In this document: in pieces, positions 62,929 through 64,000 of the stretch
How positions within the stretch are numbered: position 1 is the first letter of the stretch
How the letters are laid out: the number at the start of each line of letters is the position of its first letter
Assembly: GCF_002571385.2 (NCBI RefSeq)
Contig: NW_019217877.1
Span: 1-64,000 of the forward strand
Length of the DNA stretch: 64,000 bases
Direction: 5' to 3'
From: Stylophora pistillata
Lineage: Eukaryota
The notes under the pieces: model-generated
The model's input: only the letters and a program-made list of their open reading frames with translations
Database searches by the model: none
Told to the model about the DNA's origin: nothing
Translations under genes and position numbers: made by a program

Positions 62929-64000
62929 AACAGTAAAAAAAAAACTTCCAAATACAGGGGGGTACAATAGATTGTTTAGCAGGAAAATGAAGTTTGCTGA
63001 AAATAATACAATTTTTCCAAGAATGCTATTTCCACATCTTTTTTACCAAACAATAATTCTTACTGGGTGCTTCTGAGTGTCATACCTTGTTGGCCTTTCT
63101 GACTTCTGACTGGGGATAAAATGGTTGGCAATGACTGACCCTTATATTTTTTGTTTTGATTAGGGTTATTAGAGAGTTAGAACATGGGAATTGGACTTAC
63201 AGTTAACTACTTTGCCTAGTTAATGTATTTATTTCTCAGTTCTAAACCCCCTGCTTTTCGAAGTGAAGCTATAGGCAACAAAGGTGGAGTTCCATACCAG
63301 AAAGGAAATGTCAAGGCTCACAATCTGCCTCAAGGCATAAGGTTTCAAAGACCGTACGCATATGGCCAGAAACAGGTCTATGATAATGGAAGCAAAAGAT
63401 GCCCTCAGATTTGAGGTTGTTGATAATTTTGACCTACCACAAGTCAACAGACAGTCTTGTGTTGACAATTCTGACAAGAATGTTGCAACAGAAGGTTTTC
63501 ATGTGCTTTCAAAGATTGTAGATGATGAAGTCTTCTATGGAGCTACTATTGATAACAGAGTAAATGAAAAAGAAGTTGCTGTAGTGGATTTAGCATTTGA
63601 CCAAAATATGAAAGACTAATATTACAGAGGAGTGAGGCCCTCTCTCTCTTTGATACAGATTCCCTTAAAGCCATTGAGGAAAATATTAGGCACAGTGAAG
63701 AGGGAGTGATAATTCCTGTCTTCAGCAATGAGGCAGAACAAGCATTCTGGCTGTTCTATACTTTCATGAGCCCAAAATCTTTGTCTGAAATATCTGACAA
63801 TGAGATCAAAGGACTACGGCTTGATAGAATTACAGAGGACCTGTCAAGCAACAACCTCACCAAGTACAAGCTGCTTACCAATCACCCAGATTCTGTTTGT
63901 GGTTTGAGTGTAGTTAAGTCAAAAATTGCCTCTACAGAAAAACACAATCCTTGCATGCCACAAGTATTCTATGATTCCTTAATTAGAGTTCTGCAGCACT

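Larger units (their letters stand above)
60374..64000 (+). pseudogene. Decayed multi-exon gene with HMG-box-like and GTF2I-repeat-like segments (exons ~60374-60564, 61502-61649, 62078-62136, ~63263 onward)
   Basis: AADLWKLLSNEECCAYKDKAK; KDIVNLFNQKY|SEAIG...VPYQK...LPQGIRFQRPYAYG; frameshift ~63375, stop 63617-63619, defective acceptor ~63262. Confidence 0.5.

Overview
AT-rich, intron-containing animal DNA with N gaps from a draft assembly; the repeat content suggests a cnidarian such as a stony coral (inference). The main content is a tandem cluster of about 11 paralogues (5 complete genes, 2 with exon 1 only, 3 pseudogenes, 1 hidden in a gap) of an unusual apoptosis-type gene family. Each has an N-terminal death effector domain (DED) fused to a divergent Bcl-2-like helical bundle with BH4-, BH3-, BH1- and BH2-like motifs in canonical order and no C-terminal transmembrane anchor. 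A phase-0 intron falls right after the BH2 G-x-W, the conserved Bcl-2-family intron site. Second exons missing from the ORF track were located by hand. Subfamily A (minus strand) shares an immediate-early-type promoter (CArG box, CRE-like site, TATA); subfamily B shares an ETS-type motif. The cluster is invaded by nested Kolobok-type DNA transposons, an IS3EU-like element carrying a HECT domain, a CR1/L2-like LINE, a Penelope element with hammerhead ribozymes, RTE-5'-like short repeats, MITEs and hairpin-headed elements. The right end holds a decayed HMG-box plus GTF2I-repeat-like gene. All domain calls come from motif reading by eye; no database searches were run.
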